The notes under the pieces were generated by a model. The model was not told the origin of the DNA and ran no database searches. It worked only from the letters and a program-made list of their open reading frames with translations. A DNA stretch of 57,259 nt from an uncultured Oscillospiraceae bacterium (lineage in GTDB: Bacteria > Bacillota > Clostridia > Oscillospirales > Oscillospiraceae): positions 1 through 57,259 of the forward strand of contig CAYUUP010000001.1 in the NCBI GenBank assembly GCA_964447925.1. The letters are read 5' to 3'. This document shows, one piece after another, positions 45,944-55,791 of this stretch. The translations under genes and the position numbers were made by a program. Numbering within the stretch: position 1 is the first letter of the stretch; the number at the start of each line of letters is the position of its first letter.

Positions 45944-47515
45944 TCACATCAGCGGCGCAAACACCTTCATGATCGTCCGAAACAGCCTTCTCAGCCAGGA
46001 GAGTTTCTTCGTACTCTCCAGTGTTACCTCCTGGCATAGCTTCTGCGTCTCCAGAAAGTCATCCCGGATTTGGAGAATGGAGCTGGAATTGCATAGCCAG
46101 ACCCCACACTCAAAATGGAGGTAAAAGCTGCGGTAATCCATATTGATGGTTCCCACCGTGCCAAAGCGGTCATCCACCGCGAAGGTCTTGGCATGGACAA
46201 ATCCGGGTGTATACTGATATATTTTTACACCCGCCTCCAGCAGAGGTGGATAGTGGGCCTGGGTCATTTCATAGACCGTGCGCTTGTCTGGGATGCCCGG
46301 CGTCATAATGCGGACATCCACCCCGGATTTTGCCGCCACACACAGGGCATTGGTCATAGCAGAGTCAATGACAAGATAAGGAGTGACCAGATAAATATAC
46401 TTCTTAGCCCGGTTTATCATGTTCAGATAGACGTTATAGCCCACCTGGACATGATCCAACGGGCTGTCACAGTAGGGCTGTACCACGCCATCGGTAGTAA
46501 AGAGCTGCCGGTTGTGGACGCTAGGCCGGAACTGTTCATAGTCCGTCTCTCCCTGGGTGATATAATTCCACGTAGCGAGGAACATCACCGTGAGACTCCA
46601 CACGGCATTCCCCTTCAGCAGAATGGCAGTATCCTTCCAATGTCCAAAGCGTTCCTTTTTATTGATATATTCATCTGCCAGGTTGATACCACCGGTGATG
46701 CCCACATAGCCGTCTATGACGCAGATTTTCCGATGATCCCGGTTGTTCAGCCGGACAGACATCACAGGGACAAAGGGCCCGAACACAGCACACTGGATAC
46801 CCCGCTCCCGGAGCCACCTGTCATAGCCCTTTGGCAGCGTGGTAATACAGCCGAAGTCATCATAAATGACCCGAACCTCCACCCCCTGCTGCACCTTTCG
46901 CAGCAGAATATCCAGTATCGTCTCCCACATCCGGCCCTCACCGATGATGAAATACTCCAAAAAAATGAAATGCTCTGCCTTTTCCAGCTCTTCTACCATC
47001 CGGGAGAACTTGATCTCACCCATAGGCAAATACTCGCTGTAGGTTCCAACATAAGGAGGACACTGGCACTCCTCCAACAGATAGAGGGCCTGAGGCCGGC
47101 CGTCAGGGCCGCAGGCATCCAGCGCCACCGGTGTGTCCGGCTCCTGCCTCATGGCAGAGCGAAATAGTTCGTCTATCCGGGAGAGCTTCTTCCGCTCCCG
47201 CCGTGTGGTGCGATTGCCGCCAATCAGCACATAGAATAGCCCGCCAAACACCGGAAAAAGACAGATCACCAACAGCCACGGCAGCTTATAAGAGATATTG
47301 CTCCGATTGCCGATGATCCAGATGCCCACACAAACGCTGATGGCAATACAGGCCAGATAAAACTGAACGAAGTATGCCGAAAATCGCAGTATCATCAGCA
47401 AGAGCATCAGCACTTGCAGGCCGATCATGACACCAACCAGCACAACTCGCTGGAAGGGCATGTGCGAAAATCGCTTAAAAGGATTTTTTGTTTTTTTACT
47501 TGAGAATTTGCTCAT
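45944..47515 (-). CDS. cls: Cardiolipin synthase (two HKD domains)
   Basis: N-terminal TM helices and two HKD motifs (HRKICVIDG and HAKTFAVDD). ATG at 47515 overlaps the dnaE stop (ATGA). The longer ORF to 47713 lies inside dnaE. Confidence 0.9.
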   Translation of the reverse strand: MSKFSSKKTKNPFKRFSHMPFQRVVLVGVMIGLQVLMLLLMILRFSAYFVQFYLACIAISVCVGIWIIGNRSNISYKLPWLLVICLFPVFGGLFYVLIGGNRTTRRERKKLSRIDELFRSAMRQEPDTPVALDACGPDGRPQALYLLEECQCPPYVGTYSEYLPMGEIKFSRMVEELEKAEHFIFLEYFIIGEGRMWETILDILLRKVQQGVEVRVIYDDFGCITTLPKGYDRWLRERGIQCAVFGPFVPVMSVRLNNRDHRKICVIDGYVGITGGINLADEYINKKERFGHWKDTAILLKGNAVWSLTVMFLATWNYITQGETDYEQFRPSVHNRQLFTTDGVVQPYCDSPLDHVQVGYNVYLNMINRAKKYIYLVTPYLVIDSAMTNALCVAAKSGVDVRIMTPGIPDKRTVYEMTQAHYPPLLEAGVKIYQYTPGFVHAKTFAVDDRFGTVGTINMDYRSFYLHFECGVWLCNSSSILQIRDDFLETQKLCQEVTLESTKKLSWLRRLFRTIMKVFAPLM

Positions 47516-50500
47516 GACTGTACCACAACATTTTCCTCGCCCAGCAACTCCCGCAGCTCTCGCAGCAGTGAGGGATGTATCCAGCAAGGCGCATAGGACT
47601 TCTCCTTTGTATCCGCATAGTAGAAAATCAGCTTTTGGCTGCCGGGAAACATAATCAACGTCTTTTGAATCTGCCGCACAGCCGGATGGGAGCGGCTGGG
47701 TATTCTGAGCCACACTCGCTTAGGGGGCAGTTCAGTTTCCGCTTTTTCCCCGCTGGCGGGCAGCAAATTGCTGTCTGCCACCTGGCTCAATGGAGTGATT
47801 CGGTTGCATATCAGCTGGGGCGACTTTTCATCCCTGGCTGATATCTTGCCCTCCACCAGAAGGGCCGTCCCCTCCCGCAGGTAGTTGCCACTCTCTCCCA
47901 GGATACGGGAGAAGGCCATCAGCTCCATGGAGCCGGTGTCATCCTCCAAAGTGACATAGGCCATCATTGTCTGGTTCCGGGTGGTCTTTGTGCGGGCGGC
48001 GAGGACCACTCCGGCAATGCGCACCTGCTGTTCATCCTGGAAACGCTGGGGTCCCCCCTCTCTGCCAAAGTCGGAGAGGATACTGCCAATAGACACGGCC
48101 CCGGCCTTTTGGGCAGATTCCCGATACTGATCCATAGGATGGCCGGAGAGATAGAGACCTGTACTGGCCCGCTCCATACTCATGAGTTCCTCCGGGGGGT
48201 ATTCTGGCAAATTGGGCAATGGCACTTCTCTCATGGAGAGATCCGCCCCCCCTGCACTGCCAAAGAGGTCAAACTGCCCCTCCAAATTGCGCTTTCGGGC
48301 GGCGCCGATGCTGTCTACCACTGGATTCATCACCGCAATGAGCTGAGAGCGGAATACACCCAGGCAATCGAAGGCTCCGCAGCGGATTAGGCTCTCCAGT
48401 GCGCGGCGATTCAAGTCGTAGTCATACATCCGAGAACAGAAATCCTGAAAGGACTGAAAGGGACCGTCCTGTTGCCGCACTTCCTCCATGGATTGGATGA
48501 GTCCTCGGCCAACACCTTTGACGGCCACTAGGCCAAAGCGGATGTTCTCCCCTTCAACAGTAAAGCCAGAGCAGGAGCGGTTGATGTCCGGCGGCAGCAG
48601 GGAGATATTCAACTCCCTGCACTCTGCGATATACTCTGCCACCTTGTCGCTGGAGTCCAGCACGGAGGAAATCAGAGCGGCCATATACTCTCGGGGATAG
48701 TGCCGTTTACAATAGGCAGTCTGATAGGCCACCACCGCATAGCACACCGCATGGGCCTTGTTGAATGCATAGTTGGCAAAGTCTTCAATCTCGTCATAGA
48801 TAATCTGGGCTGTTACTTCGGGAACACCCCGCTTGACGCAGCCGTCAATACCCCGCTGGGGGTCACCATAGATAAAAGACTGCTTTTCCCTGTCAATTTC
48901 CGCTCTCTTCTTCTTAGACATTGCCCGGCGTACCATATCTGCCTGCCCTAGGGAATAGCCAGCCAGCTGTTGGAAGATCATCATCACCTGTTCCTGATAG
49001 ACAATGCAGCCATAGGTAACGGAGAGGATTGGTTCCAGGAGAGGATGCTCATAGTGGATCTGGCTGGCGTCGTTCTTGCTGGCGATGAACCTAGGGATGG
49101 AGTCCATCGGCCCCGGACGATAGAGGGCGATAATGGCGGTTATGTCCTCAATGGACTGGGGCTTCAGTTGCACACACACGCTGGTCATTCCAGCAGACTC
49201 CATCTGGAAGACTCCGCTGGTATGTCCGGCGGAAATCATCTGGAAGGTTTCCAGATCATCCTCCGGAATGGCATGAAGGTCAAAACTCGGCTCCCGCTGG
49301 CGGATAAGCCTTGCTGCATCATCCAGTATAGTTAAGTTCCGCAGGCCCAGAAAATCCATCTTCAACAGCCCCAGCTCCTCCAGCGTGGTCATCACATACT
49401 GGGTAACGATGGCCTCGTCATTCCGTGCCAGGGGGACATACTCATACACCGGTTTCCGAGTGATGACCACCCCCGCCGCATGGCGGGAGGCGTGGCGTGG
49501 CATCCCTTCGATGGCCTGGGCAGTTTTAATCAACTTGGCCACCTGGGGGTTGCTCTCCGCCTGTTCCCGCAGAGGGCGGGACACCTTCATGGCCTCATCC
49601 AAGGTGATATGCAGGGGCTGGGCAGGAACCTGTTTTGCGATGGCGTCTACCTCAGCATAGGGCATATTCATCACCCGGCCCACATCCCGTATAACGCCCC
49701 GGGCAGCCATGGTGCCAAAGGTGACGATTTGGGCCACATGGTCTGTGCCATATTTGCGGTTCACATAGTCAATGACCTCGCCTCGGCGCTGATAGCAGAA
49801 GTCAATGTCGATGTCAGGCATAGTAACCCGCTCCGGATTTAAGAACCGCTCAAAGTACAGGCCATATTTCATCGGATCCACATCCGTGATGTTCAGGCAG
49901 TAGGCCACCATAGAGCCTGCGGCGGAGCCACGGCCCGGCCCCACAGGAATGCCGTTGTCCTTGGCATAGCCGATGAAGTCGGCCACAATGAGAAAGTAGT
50001 CCACAAAGCCCATTTGCTGGATCATGTTCATCTCATAGCCCAGCCGCTGACGGTAGCCCTCCGGGGCGTCCGGATAACGCCAGGAAAAGCCCTGCTCACA
50101 CTTTTCATGGAACAGCATCTCCCCATCGTAGCCCTCGGGATATTGGAATTCCGGTAGATGGTAGACGCCAAATTCAAAGGTCAGATTGCAGGCATCGGCG
50201 ATTTTTTGGGTGTTTTCCAGCGCTTCGGGACAGTCCGGCAGAGCGGCAGCCATCTCCTCTTCACTTTTGAGGAAAAACTCCTCCGTCTCAAAGCGCATCC
50301 GGTCGGTGTCTGACACCAATTTGCCCGTCTGGATGCACATCAGCACGTCCTGGGCGGCGGCGTCCTCCCGCCGGAGATAGTGGGCATCATTGGTGGCCAC
50401 CAGGGGAATATTTAACTCCTGGGCCAGGGAGATCAGCCGGGGCAATATCTCTCGCTGTTCAGGAAGATTGTGATTCTGTAGCTCGATATAGTAGCCCCCC

Positions 50501-51000
50501 TCCCCCATCAGATCCCGCATCCAGGCGGCGTGAGCCTTGGCCTTGTCAAGCTGCCCGTTCCGCAGCAGCCGGGGGATCTCCCCGGCCAGACAGGCAGAGA
50601 GCGCAATAAGTCCACTGTGATGTTGCTTCAGCAGATCCAGGTCAATGCGTGGCTTGCCATAGAAGCCCTCAATGTTGGCCAGGCTCACCATATAGGATAG
50701 ATTTCGGTAGCCCTCCTCATTGCGGCACAGGAGGATCAGGTGTCGGGGGGAGTTGTCAATGCCATGTTCCTTGTCAAAACGGGTGCGGGGGGCCACATAG
50801 ACCTCGCAGCCGATGATGGGCTTGATTCCCTCCTTCAAGCAGGCCCGATAAAAGTCTATAACGCCGTACATAACGCCGTGGTCGGTGATGGCAAGGGCGG
50901 TCTGCCCCATCTCCTTCGCCCGCCTGGGTAGATCTTTGATGCGGCACGCACCGTCCAGCAGGGAAAACTCCGAGTGGACATGGAGATGAACAAAGGACAT
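47512..51000 (-). CDS. dnaE: DNA polymerase III alpha subunit (DnaE type)
   Basis: PHP domain MSFVHLHVHSEFSLLDG.., the polymerase core, and an OB fold near the C-terminus. 1162 aa from the ATG at 51000 (RBS aaaggggg). Confidence 0.96.
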   Translation of the reverse strand: MSFVHLHVHSEFSLLDGACRIKDLPRRAKEMGQTALAITDHGVMYGVIDFYRACLKEGIKPIIGCEVYVAPRTRFDKEHGIDNSPRHLILLCRNEEGYRNLSYMVSLANIEGFYGKPRIDLDLLKQHHSGLIALSACLAGEIPRLLRNGQLDKAKAHAAWMRDLMGEGGYYIELQNHNLPEQREILPRLISLAQELNIPLVATNDAHYLRREDAAAQDVLMCIQTGKLVSDTDRMRFETEEFFLKSEEEMAAALPDCPEALENTQKIADACNLTFEFGVYHLPEFQYPEGYDGEMLFHEKCEQGFSWRYPDAPEGYRQRLGYEMNMIQQMGFVDYFLIVADFIGYAKDNGIPVGPGRGSAAGSMVAYCLNITDVDPMKYGLYFERFLNPERVTMPDIDIDFCYQRRGEVIDYVNRKYGTDHVAQIVTFGTMAARGVIRDVGRVMNMPYAEVDAIAKQVPAQPLHITLDEAMKVSRPLREQAESNPQVAKLIKTAQAIEGMPRHASRHAAGVVITRKPVYEYVPLARNDEAIVTQYVMTTLEELGLLKMDFLGLRNLTILDDAARLIRQREPSFDLHAIPEDDLETFQMISAGHTSGVFQMESAGMTSVCVQLKPQSIEDITAIIALYRPGPMDSIPRFIASKNDASQIHYEHPLLEPILSVTYGCIVYQEQVMMIFQQLAGYSLGQADMVRRAMSKKKRAEIDREKQSFIYGDPQRGIDGCVKRGVPEVTAQIIYDEIEDFANYAFNKAHAVCYAVVAYQTAYCKRHYPREYMAALISSVLDSSDKVAEYIAECRELNISLLPPDINRSCSGFTVEGENIRFGLVAVKGVGRGLIQSMEEVRQQDGPFQSFQDFCSRMYDYDLNRRALESLIRCGAFDCLGVFRSQLIAVMNPVVDSIGAARKRNLEGQFDLFGSAGGADLSMREVPLPNLPEYPPEELMSMERASTGLYLSGHPMDQYRESAQKAGAVSIGSILSDFGREGGPQRFQDEQQVRIAGVVLAARTKTTRNQTMMAYVTLEDDTGSMELMAFSRILGESGNYLREGTALLVEGKISARDEKSPQLICNRITPLSQVADSNLLPASGEKAETELPPKRVWLRIPSRSHPAVRQIQKTLIMFPGSQKLIFYYADTKEKSYAPCWIHPSLLRELRELLGEENVVVQS

Positions 51001-51023
51001 CAGCGACAGCCCCCTTTCTGAAA

Positions 51024-51497
51024 TCAATTGTCGCAGTTCGCGGCATCTATGGCAATAGCAATCATCAGGCAGAGCAGTGAGTCCCGTTGATTGGGGATAT
51101 CAAGCACATAGGTATCGCCCCAGTGGAACAGCTCTTTTGTAATGTGCATGATAACCCTTCCGGCGCTGTCCACAACATCATAATCCCAACCGAACACATC
51201 TCCCTGCACCAGCCAGCCATTTATATCCAGCGTAAATCGAGGTCGGAACAGGGTAAATTCCTTGCGGATCCAGCCCAGGCTTTTTCCTCCCACCACCAGT
51301 TCAAACCGGGGCATCAGCGCAAAGGGCCTCTGGTGGACGCTTCCCTTCTCCTGGCCTGTCTGCTCATCAGTGATATGTATCTGATGTCCCAGCGTAAAGA
51401 ACTCTGCCTTGACAAAATAAACAGGCTGCTCCCACTCGTTATAGACATCATAGGTGTCGCTCCAAGAAAACACCCGCTGTTTAATCAGCAGCTTCAC
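51024..51497 (-). CDS. LURP-one-related / YxjI-like (tubby C-terminal-like fold) protein
   Basis: ..KLLIKQRVFSWSDTYDVYNE..YFVKAEFFTLGHQIHI.. matches the family's repeat-like layout. GTG at 51497 follows AGGAGG and overlaps the vanZ stop (GTGA). Confidence 0.7.
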   Translation of the reverse strand: MKLLIKQRVFSWSDTYDVYNEWEQPVYFVKAEFFTLGHQIHITDEQTGQEKGSVHQRPFALMPRFELVVGGKSLGWIRKEFTLFRPRFTLDINGWLVQGDVFGWDYDVVDSAGRVIMHITKELFHWGDTYVLDIPNQRDSLLCLMIAIAIDAANCDN

Positions 51498-51973
51498 TGT
51501 TTCAACCTCCTGGAGAATAGCACAAAGGCCAAGTAACCTAGGCATACCCCCGCCATATTCAAAAGAACATCATCCACATCGCAGGAGCCAAGCAGGGTGA
51601 CATACTGAAATATCTCGATGGTACAAATCATCACCAGCGATATCGCCAACACTGCCCAGAAATGTCGGAAATGGCTGTATGCCTTGGGTAGCAGGAATCC
51701 GAAGGGAATAAAGGCCAGAATATTTCCAACCAGATTGTGTACCGCCCAGGCGGACGGCCAGCGGGCCAACTGTTTCCGAAGAGTGGCAAAGAGCATCAGA
51801 TTCAAGCTATAGCCCGGCTCTTTCTGCCGGATCTCTCCATAGGTGTCTACTCGCTCCAAAAGGCTTTGGATACTGCCGTCAAATTTTACCACTACGAACA
51901 GGAAAAGTGCCGCCAGATAGAGCCAGAACAGCAACTTCCAGCCGAATCGCACACTGCGATCCCACCTTGTCAT
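51494..51973 (-). CDS. VanZ-family membrane protein
   Basis: 159-aa protein with 4-5 TM helices. ..NILAFIPFGFLLP.. and ..CDVDDVLLNMAGVCLGY.. are typical of VanZ-like proteins. Confidence 0.75.
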   Translation of the reverse strand: MTRWDRSVRFGWKLLFWLYLAALFLFVVVKFDGSIQSLLERVDTYGEIRQKEPGYSLNLMLFATLRKQLARWPSAWAVHNLVGNILAFIPFGFLLPKAYSHFRHFWAVLAISLVMICTIEIFQYVTLLGSCDVDDVLLNMAGVCLGYLAFVLFSRRLKQ

Positions 51974-51976
51974 TGG

Positions 51977-52876
51977 TCACTCCTCCAACCTATCGGCCAA
52001 TTCTGTTAGCTTTCGCAGCCTGTGGTTCAAGCCGGACTTGCTGATGCCGCAGTGTTGGGCCAGTTCACTCATAGACAGTTCCGGGTTCTCCATCCGCAGC
52101 CTGGCAGTATTCTGCAGCTTCATTGGCAACCCGTCCAACTGGTTCTTCGCCTGTAGGCGGCGAATGGCGTCGATACTGGCCTGGGCTGCACCCACAGACT
52201 TCTCCACATTAGCCAAGTCACAGTTGGAAAAGCGGTTGGCTGCGTTGCGCATCTGCTTTTCCAGCTTGGTATTCATAATTTCCATGGCGGCCTGGGGTGC
52301 GCCGATAGCAGTCAGGAAGTCCTCAATGGACTCGCTAAACTTGAAATAGGTGACATAGTTCCCCTTGCGGACAACAGACTTTCCGCCAGAAAGGGAACAC
52401 TCCCGTAGCAGGACGTCAAGTTCCTGGCCTACGTGGTAGTGGGAGGTAACAAGTTCCAGTTGATAGCGTTTCTCTGGATTGATGACAGAGCCACCGGCAA
52501 GGAAGGCCCCCCGGAGAAAGCTCCGGCGGCAGCAGTCCTCCTCCAGTAGGGCATAGTTAATGTGCAGGGAGATAGTATTCTTCCGGTCCAGTCCACAGGA
52601 ATCCAGCAGAACCTCCAAGTCCGGCTTTCGCGTAACAGTAAAAGTGACCCGGCCTGCCCCGGTAGGATCCATCTGCTCCAGCTCCAGGCCAAAGGCGGCC
52701 TGAAATAGCCGGGGAAGCCGCCGTGCAAAAGCGGGAGACTGGGTAGTAACGCGGATCTCATGCTGTGTAAAGGTATTGCAGAACAACAGGACACCGTAGG
52801 CCTCCGCCCTAGCGCAGCATGGTTGTCGCAGCCCGGCTTGACAGATCTCTGCTTTTGCCTCTGATGAAAAGGACAT
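51977..52876 (-). CDS. whiA: DNA-binding sporulation/cell-division regulator WhiA
   Basis: MSFSSEAKAEICQ.. N-terminus, a LAGLIDADG-like middle, and a C-terminal HTH ..SMSELAQHCGISKSGLNHRLRKL.. Confidence 0.92.
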   Translation of the reverse strand: MSFSSEAKAEICQAGLRQPCCARAEAYGVLLFCNTFTQHEIRVTTQSPAFARRLPRLFQAAFGLELEQMDPTGAGRVTFTVTRKPDLEVLLDSCGLDRKNTISLHINYALLEEDCCRRSFLRGAFLAGGSVINPEKRYQLELVTSHYHVGQELDVLLRECSLSGGKSVVRKGNYVTYFKFSESIEDFLTAIGAPQAAMEIMNTKLEKQMRNAANRFSNCDLANVEKSVGAAQASIDAIRRLQAKNQLDGLPMKLQNTARLRMENPELSMSELAQHCGISKSGLNHRLRKLTELADRLEE

Positions 52877-52896
52877 TTCCTTTACCTCCGTTCCGC

Positions 52897-53937
52897 CTAA
52901 TACTCCCGCAAATACCGAATTCCCTCAGTTCCCGCCACGCGAACCGTCCGCTGACGGATCAAATTCATGATGGCCAAGGCAAGTCGCTCTGGGTCATGAC
53001 GGGCATAGCCCGCTGCATTGTCCCTTGCTACGGGAGCGGTGATCAGTTCCACCCCCAGCTTTTCCAGCTGCTCTCCATCAATGAAGGTGGGCGCGGCGTT
53101 TTCTGCCTGATATGCCTCCAGTAGATCCCTGGGGATAGGCGTAGAGTTGGCAAGGCAAACATCCACCAGTCCTGCACCGGCATGGTCAAACAGGGCGGCG
53201 AGGTGGTCACTGAGTGTGTAGCCCTCTGTCTCCCCCTCCTGAGTCATAATATTGCCGATGTACACCCGAAGGGCGGTACTGGCTCTGACAGCGTCTGCCA
53301 CCCCTGGCACCAGCAGATTAGGGATCACGCTGGTGTAGAGGCTCCCTGGTCCCAGTAGAATGACATCCGCTTCGGCGATGGCCCGGAGAACCTCTGGCAG
53401 CACCAGCGGTTCCTCTGGCTCAAGCCGCACCCGCTGGATACGGCAGTCCTGTTCCTTTTTGAAAGCAAAAATTCTGGACTCGCCTCGGACATGAGTTCCG
53501 TTTTCAAATTCCGCCACAAGATTGATAATATCCGTGGTTACAGGCAGCACCTGGCCGGTGATAGCCAGCACCTGGCTCATCCGGGCCACCGCCTGGTCAA
53601 AGCTGGGGGAGATACCATCCATGGCCGCCAAAAAGAGATTTCCAAAACTCTGCCCCGCCAGTCTGCCGTCCTGGAAGCGGTAGGCCAAAAGATCCTCCAT
53701 CAGCGGCTCCACGTTGGCCAGTGCCTGAAGGCAGTTTCGGATATCACCGGGAGGCGGTATTCCCAGATCCTGCCGCAGCATACCAGAGCTTCCTCCGTCA
53801 TCAGCCACAGTGACAATGGCAGTGAGATTGGGGGTGTGCAGCTTCAGCCCCCGGAGCATGGTGGACAGGCCGGTTCCCCCTCCGATGGCTACGATGCGGG
53901 GCGCTCCCCTGCGATAGCAGTGCTGCTCTCTCATCAT
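52897..53937 (-). CDS. yvcK: Gluconeogenesis factor YvcK (CofD-like UPF0052 family)
   Basis: IVAIGGGTGLSTMLRGLK.. and ..VTVADDGGSSG.. motifs. It sits in the conserved position between rapZ and whiA. Confidence 0.9.
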   Translation of the reverse strand: MMREQHCYRRGAPRIVAIGGGTGLSTMLRGLKLHTPNLTAIVTVADDGGSSGMLRQDLGIPPPGDIRNCLQALANVEPLMEDLLAYRFQDGRLAGQSFGNLFLAAMDGISPSFDQAVARMSQVLAITGQVLPVTTDIINLVAEFENGTHVRGESRIFAFKKEQDCRIQRVRLEPEEPLVLPEVLRAIAEADVILLGPGSLYTSVIPNLLVPGVADAVRASTALRVYIGNIMTQEGETEGYTLSDHLAALFDHAGAGLVDVCLANSTPIPRDLLEAYQAENAAPTFIDGEQLEKLGVELITAPVARDNAAGYARHDPERLALAIMNLIRQRTVRVAGTEGIRYLREY

Positions 53938-54227
53938 GAGATATCTCTATGATGCGTGGATATTGGAAACGCCCTCCGGCCCAGGTGCCGGGTCAAGGAG
54001 TGGGTGACGGTTACCGAGCGATGCCGCCTATCGATGCGGTCCACCAGTGCAACCGGTTCCTGCCTGCTCTCCCCAATATACTGGTAGCGCTCCTGAACCT
54101 TCAGGCATTGCTGCGTAAAACGAAGTATCAGCGAAGGTGATATATTGTCCACCGTGTAGTACCCCAAAAATTTCGCTGCCCGGCTTTTCCCAGCGCCGGA
54201 CATACTGGAGATAATAACAAATTCCAT
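53934..54227 (-). CDS. rapZ: Severely truncated RapZ (YvcJ) homologue of 97 aa; possible pseudogene or mini-protein
   Basis: The N-terminal MEFVIISSMSGAGKS..LGYYTVDNISPSL..VALVDRID matches roughly the first 70 aa of RapZ. It then joins directly to RRHRSVTVTHSLTRHLGRRAFPISTHHRDIS, which matches the extreme C-terminus (..GGQHRSV..SHRD..). The central roughly 190 aa are missing. The stop overlaps the yvcK start (ATGA). Confidence 0.7.
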   Translation of the reverse strand: MEFVIISSMSGAGKSRAAKFLGYYTVDNISPSLILRFTQQCLKVQERYQYIGESRQEPVALVDRIDRRHRSVTVTHSLTRHLGRRAFPISTHHRDIS

Positions 54228-54228
54228 C

Positions 54229-55149
54229 TTATAGTCTCTTGATCTCCAACTCCAGCTCAATTCCCGTCTCCCGCAAAACCGTCTCCCGAATGAAATCGGT
54301 CAGGGCCATCACATCGGCGCAGGTAGCACTGCCCCGATTGATGACAAAGCCAGCGTGCTTCTCAGACACCTGGGCATCTCCCACCGAAGCCCCTTTCAGG
54401 CCGCACTGGTCGATAAGTGCGGCAGCATAGCCCCCTGCCGGACGCTTAAAGGTGCTACCTGCACTGGGCCATTCCAGCGGCTGGCTGGCCCGCCGTTTTC
54501 GCATCAGTTCATCCATCCGGGCTTTGATGTGCGCCGGCTCCCCCTTGGAAAGCTGAAGCAGACAGCTTGTGACAATTTTATTCCCCGTCCCAAAGGCTGA
54601 GGTGCGATATCCGAAGGCCTGTTCATCGCCGCAAAGGACGCCAGTGCGTCCATCTGCAGTGAGATAGCTGGTTTCTAAAATCACATTCTTTAGCTCTCCG
54701 TCATAGGCCCCGGCATTCATTACGGCACCTCCTCCCAAACTACCGGGAATGCCGTGGGCAAATTCAAGACCCGTTAGACCCTGGCGCCAGGCAAAGGAAG
54801 CCAGCCGGGCAAGAGAAATCCCAGCGCCTGCCAACAGGCGATCCCCCTCCAGCCGCTCTATGGCTTGCAAACTGCCCGCGCCACCGGTCAGCTTGATGGC
54901 AAAGCGCTCTATCGTCCCATCAGCAGCCAACAGATTGGTGCCGTTACCCAAAATCACCGGGGCGATATCCAATTCACAGGCCGCCGCCAGAGCGGAGGCC
55001 AACTCCTCTGTACTTCTGGGCAAAGCCATCAGCCGGACAGGGCCACCAATGCGGAAGGAGGTGTGGCGGCTCATGGGCTCGTCCTCGCGCAACTCCATAT
55101 CTGGGCAGCTTGCTTGCAGCCGCAGCTTTAGGCCTGTAAATGCATCCAT
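54229..55149 (-). CDS. murB: UDP-N-acetylenolpyruvoylglucosamine reductase
   Basis: ..MSRHTSFRIGGP.. (FAD-binding domain), ..GNGTNLL.., ..FAHGIPGSLGGAVMNAGAYDGE.., ..SAGSTFKRP.. Confidence 0.93.
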   Translation of the reverse strand: MDAFTGLKLRLQASCPDMELREDEPMSRHTSFRIGGPVRLMALPRSTEELASALAAACELDIAPVILGNGTNLLAADGTIERFAIKLTGGAGSLQAIERLEGDRLLAGAGISLARLASFAWRQGLTGLEFAHGIPGSLGGGAVMNAGAYDGELKNVILETSYLTADGRTGVLCGDEQAFGYRTSAFGTGNKIVTSCLLQLSKGEPAHIKARMDELMRKRRASQPLEWPSAGSTFKRPAGGYAAALIDQCGLKGASVGDAQVSEKHAGFVINRGSATCADVMALTDFIRETVLRETGIELELEIKRL

Positions 55150-55224
55150 AAAAGTCCTCCCGGCCTTTCAAAGCATCTGATCCTATCAATTTACGGGCTT
55201 TTTCCGGAAAATAGAATCCCATTT

Positions 55225-55791
55225 TCAATCTTGGCAGCAGTACTTTTCCCTGCCGGACTTGTACAGGTTGCCGCCCTTGCAGTCGATGGCCACTGTCAGG
55301 GGGAGATTTTCCACCGTCAGCCGCTTAACGGACTCACAGCCCAGATCATCGAAGGCAATAACCTCCGCCTTTATAATACGCTGGGCAATCAGTACCCCGG
55401 CGCCTCCTACAGCGGCAAAATAGCAGCTGCCATTGCGCTTTATGGCGTCAATTACTTCAGAACTTCGCTCACCCTTGCCGATCATGGCACCCAACCCAAG
55501 ATCCAGTAGGCGGGGGGAAAAGCCGTCCATTCGGCTGGCAGTGGTCGGGCCGCAGGCACCCACCGCCATTCCCTGCTGTCCCGGCGTTGGGCCGGCATAA
55601 TAGATCACAGCATTTTTCAACGGGAAAGGCAGCTCCTCCCCTGCGTCCAGCAATTCAAAAATCCGCTTGTGAGCGGCGTCCCGAGCTGTGTAGATGGTGC
55701 CAGACAACAGGATGCGCTCTCCGGCAGAGAGTTTACTCAGCAGAGCGGGAAGCTCTGCTGTGGTGATATACCGATCAGCCATCACGGTCAT
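55225..55791 (-). CDS. Fe-S-type hydro-lyase beta subunit (class I fumarate hydratase / tartrate dehydratase C-terminal domain)
   Basis: ..LSGTIYTARDAAHKR.., ..VIYYAGPTP.., ..GPTTASRMD.., ..MIGKGERS.. are typical of FumB/TtdB beta subunits. No alpha subunit is adjacent. Confidence 0.85.
   Translation of the reverse strand: MTVMADRYITTAELPALLSKLSAGERILLSGTIYTARDAAHKRIFELLDAGEELPFPLKNAVIYYAGPTPGQQGMAVGACGPTTASRMDGFSPRLLDLGLGAMIGKGERSSEVIDAIKRNGSCYFAAVGGAGVLIAQRIIKAEVIAFDDLGCESVKRLTVENLPLTVAIDCKGGNLYKSGREKYCCQD

Noticed and set aside
55200-55211. 12-nt palindrome TTTTCCGGAAAA between the fumarase beta gene and murB
   Set aside because: It is too short and A/T-rich to distinguish from chance. 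It cannot form a stable hairpin because it has no loop, and no associated promoter elements were identified.
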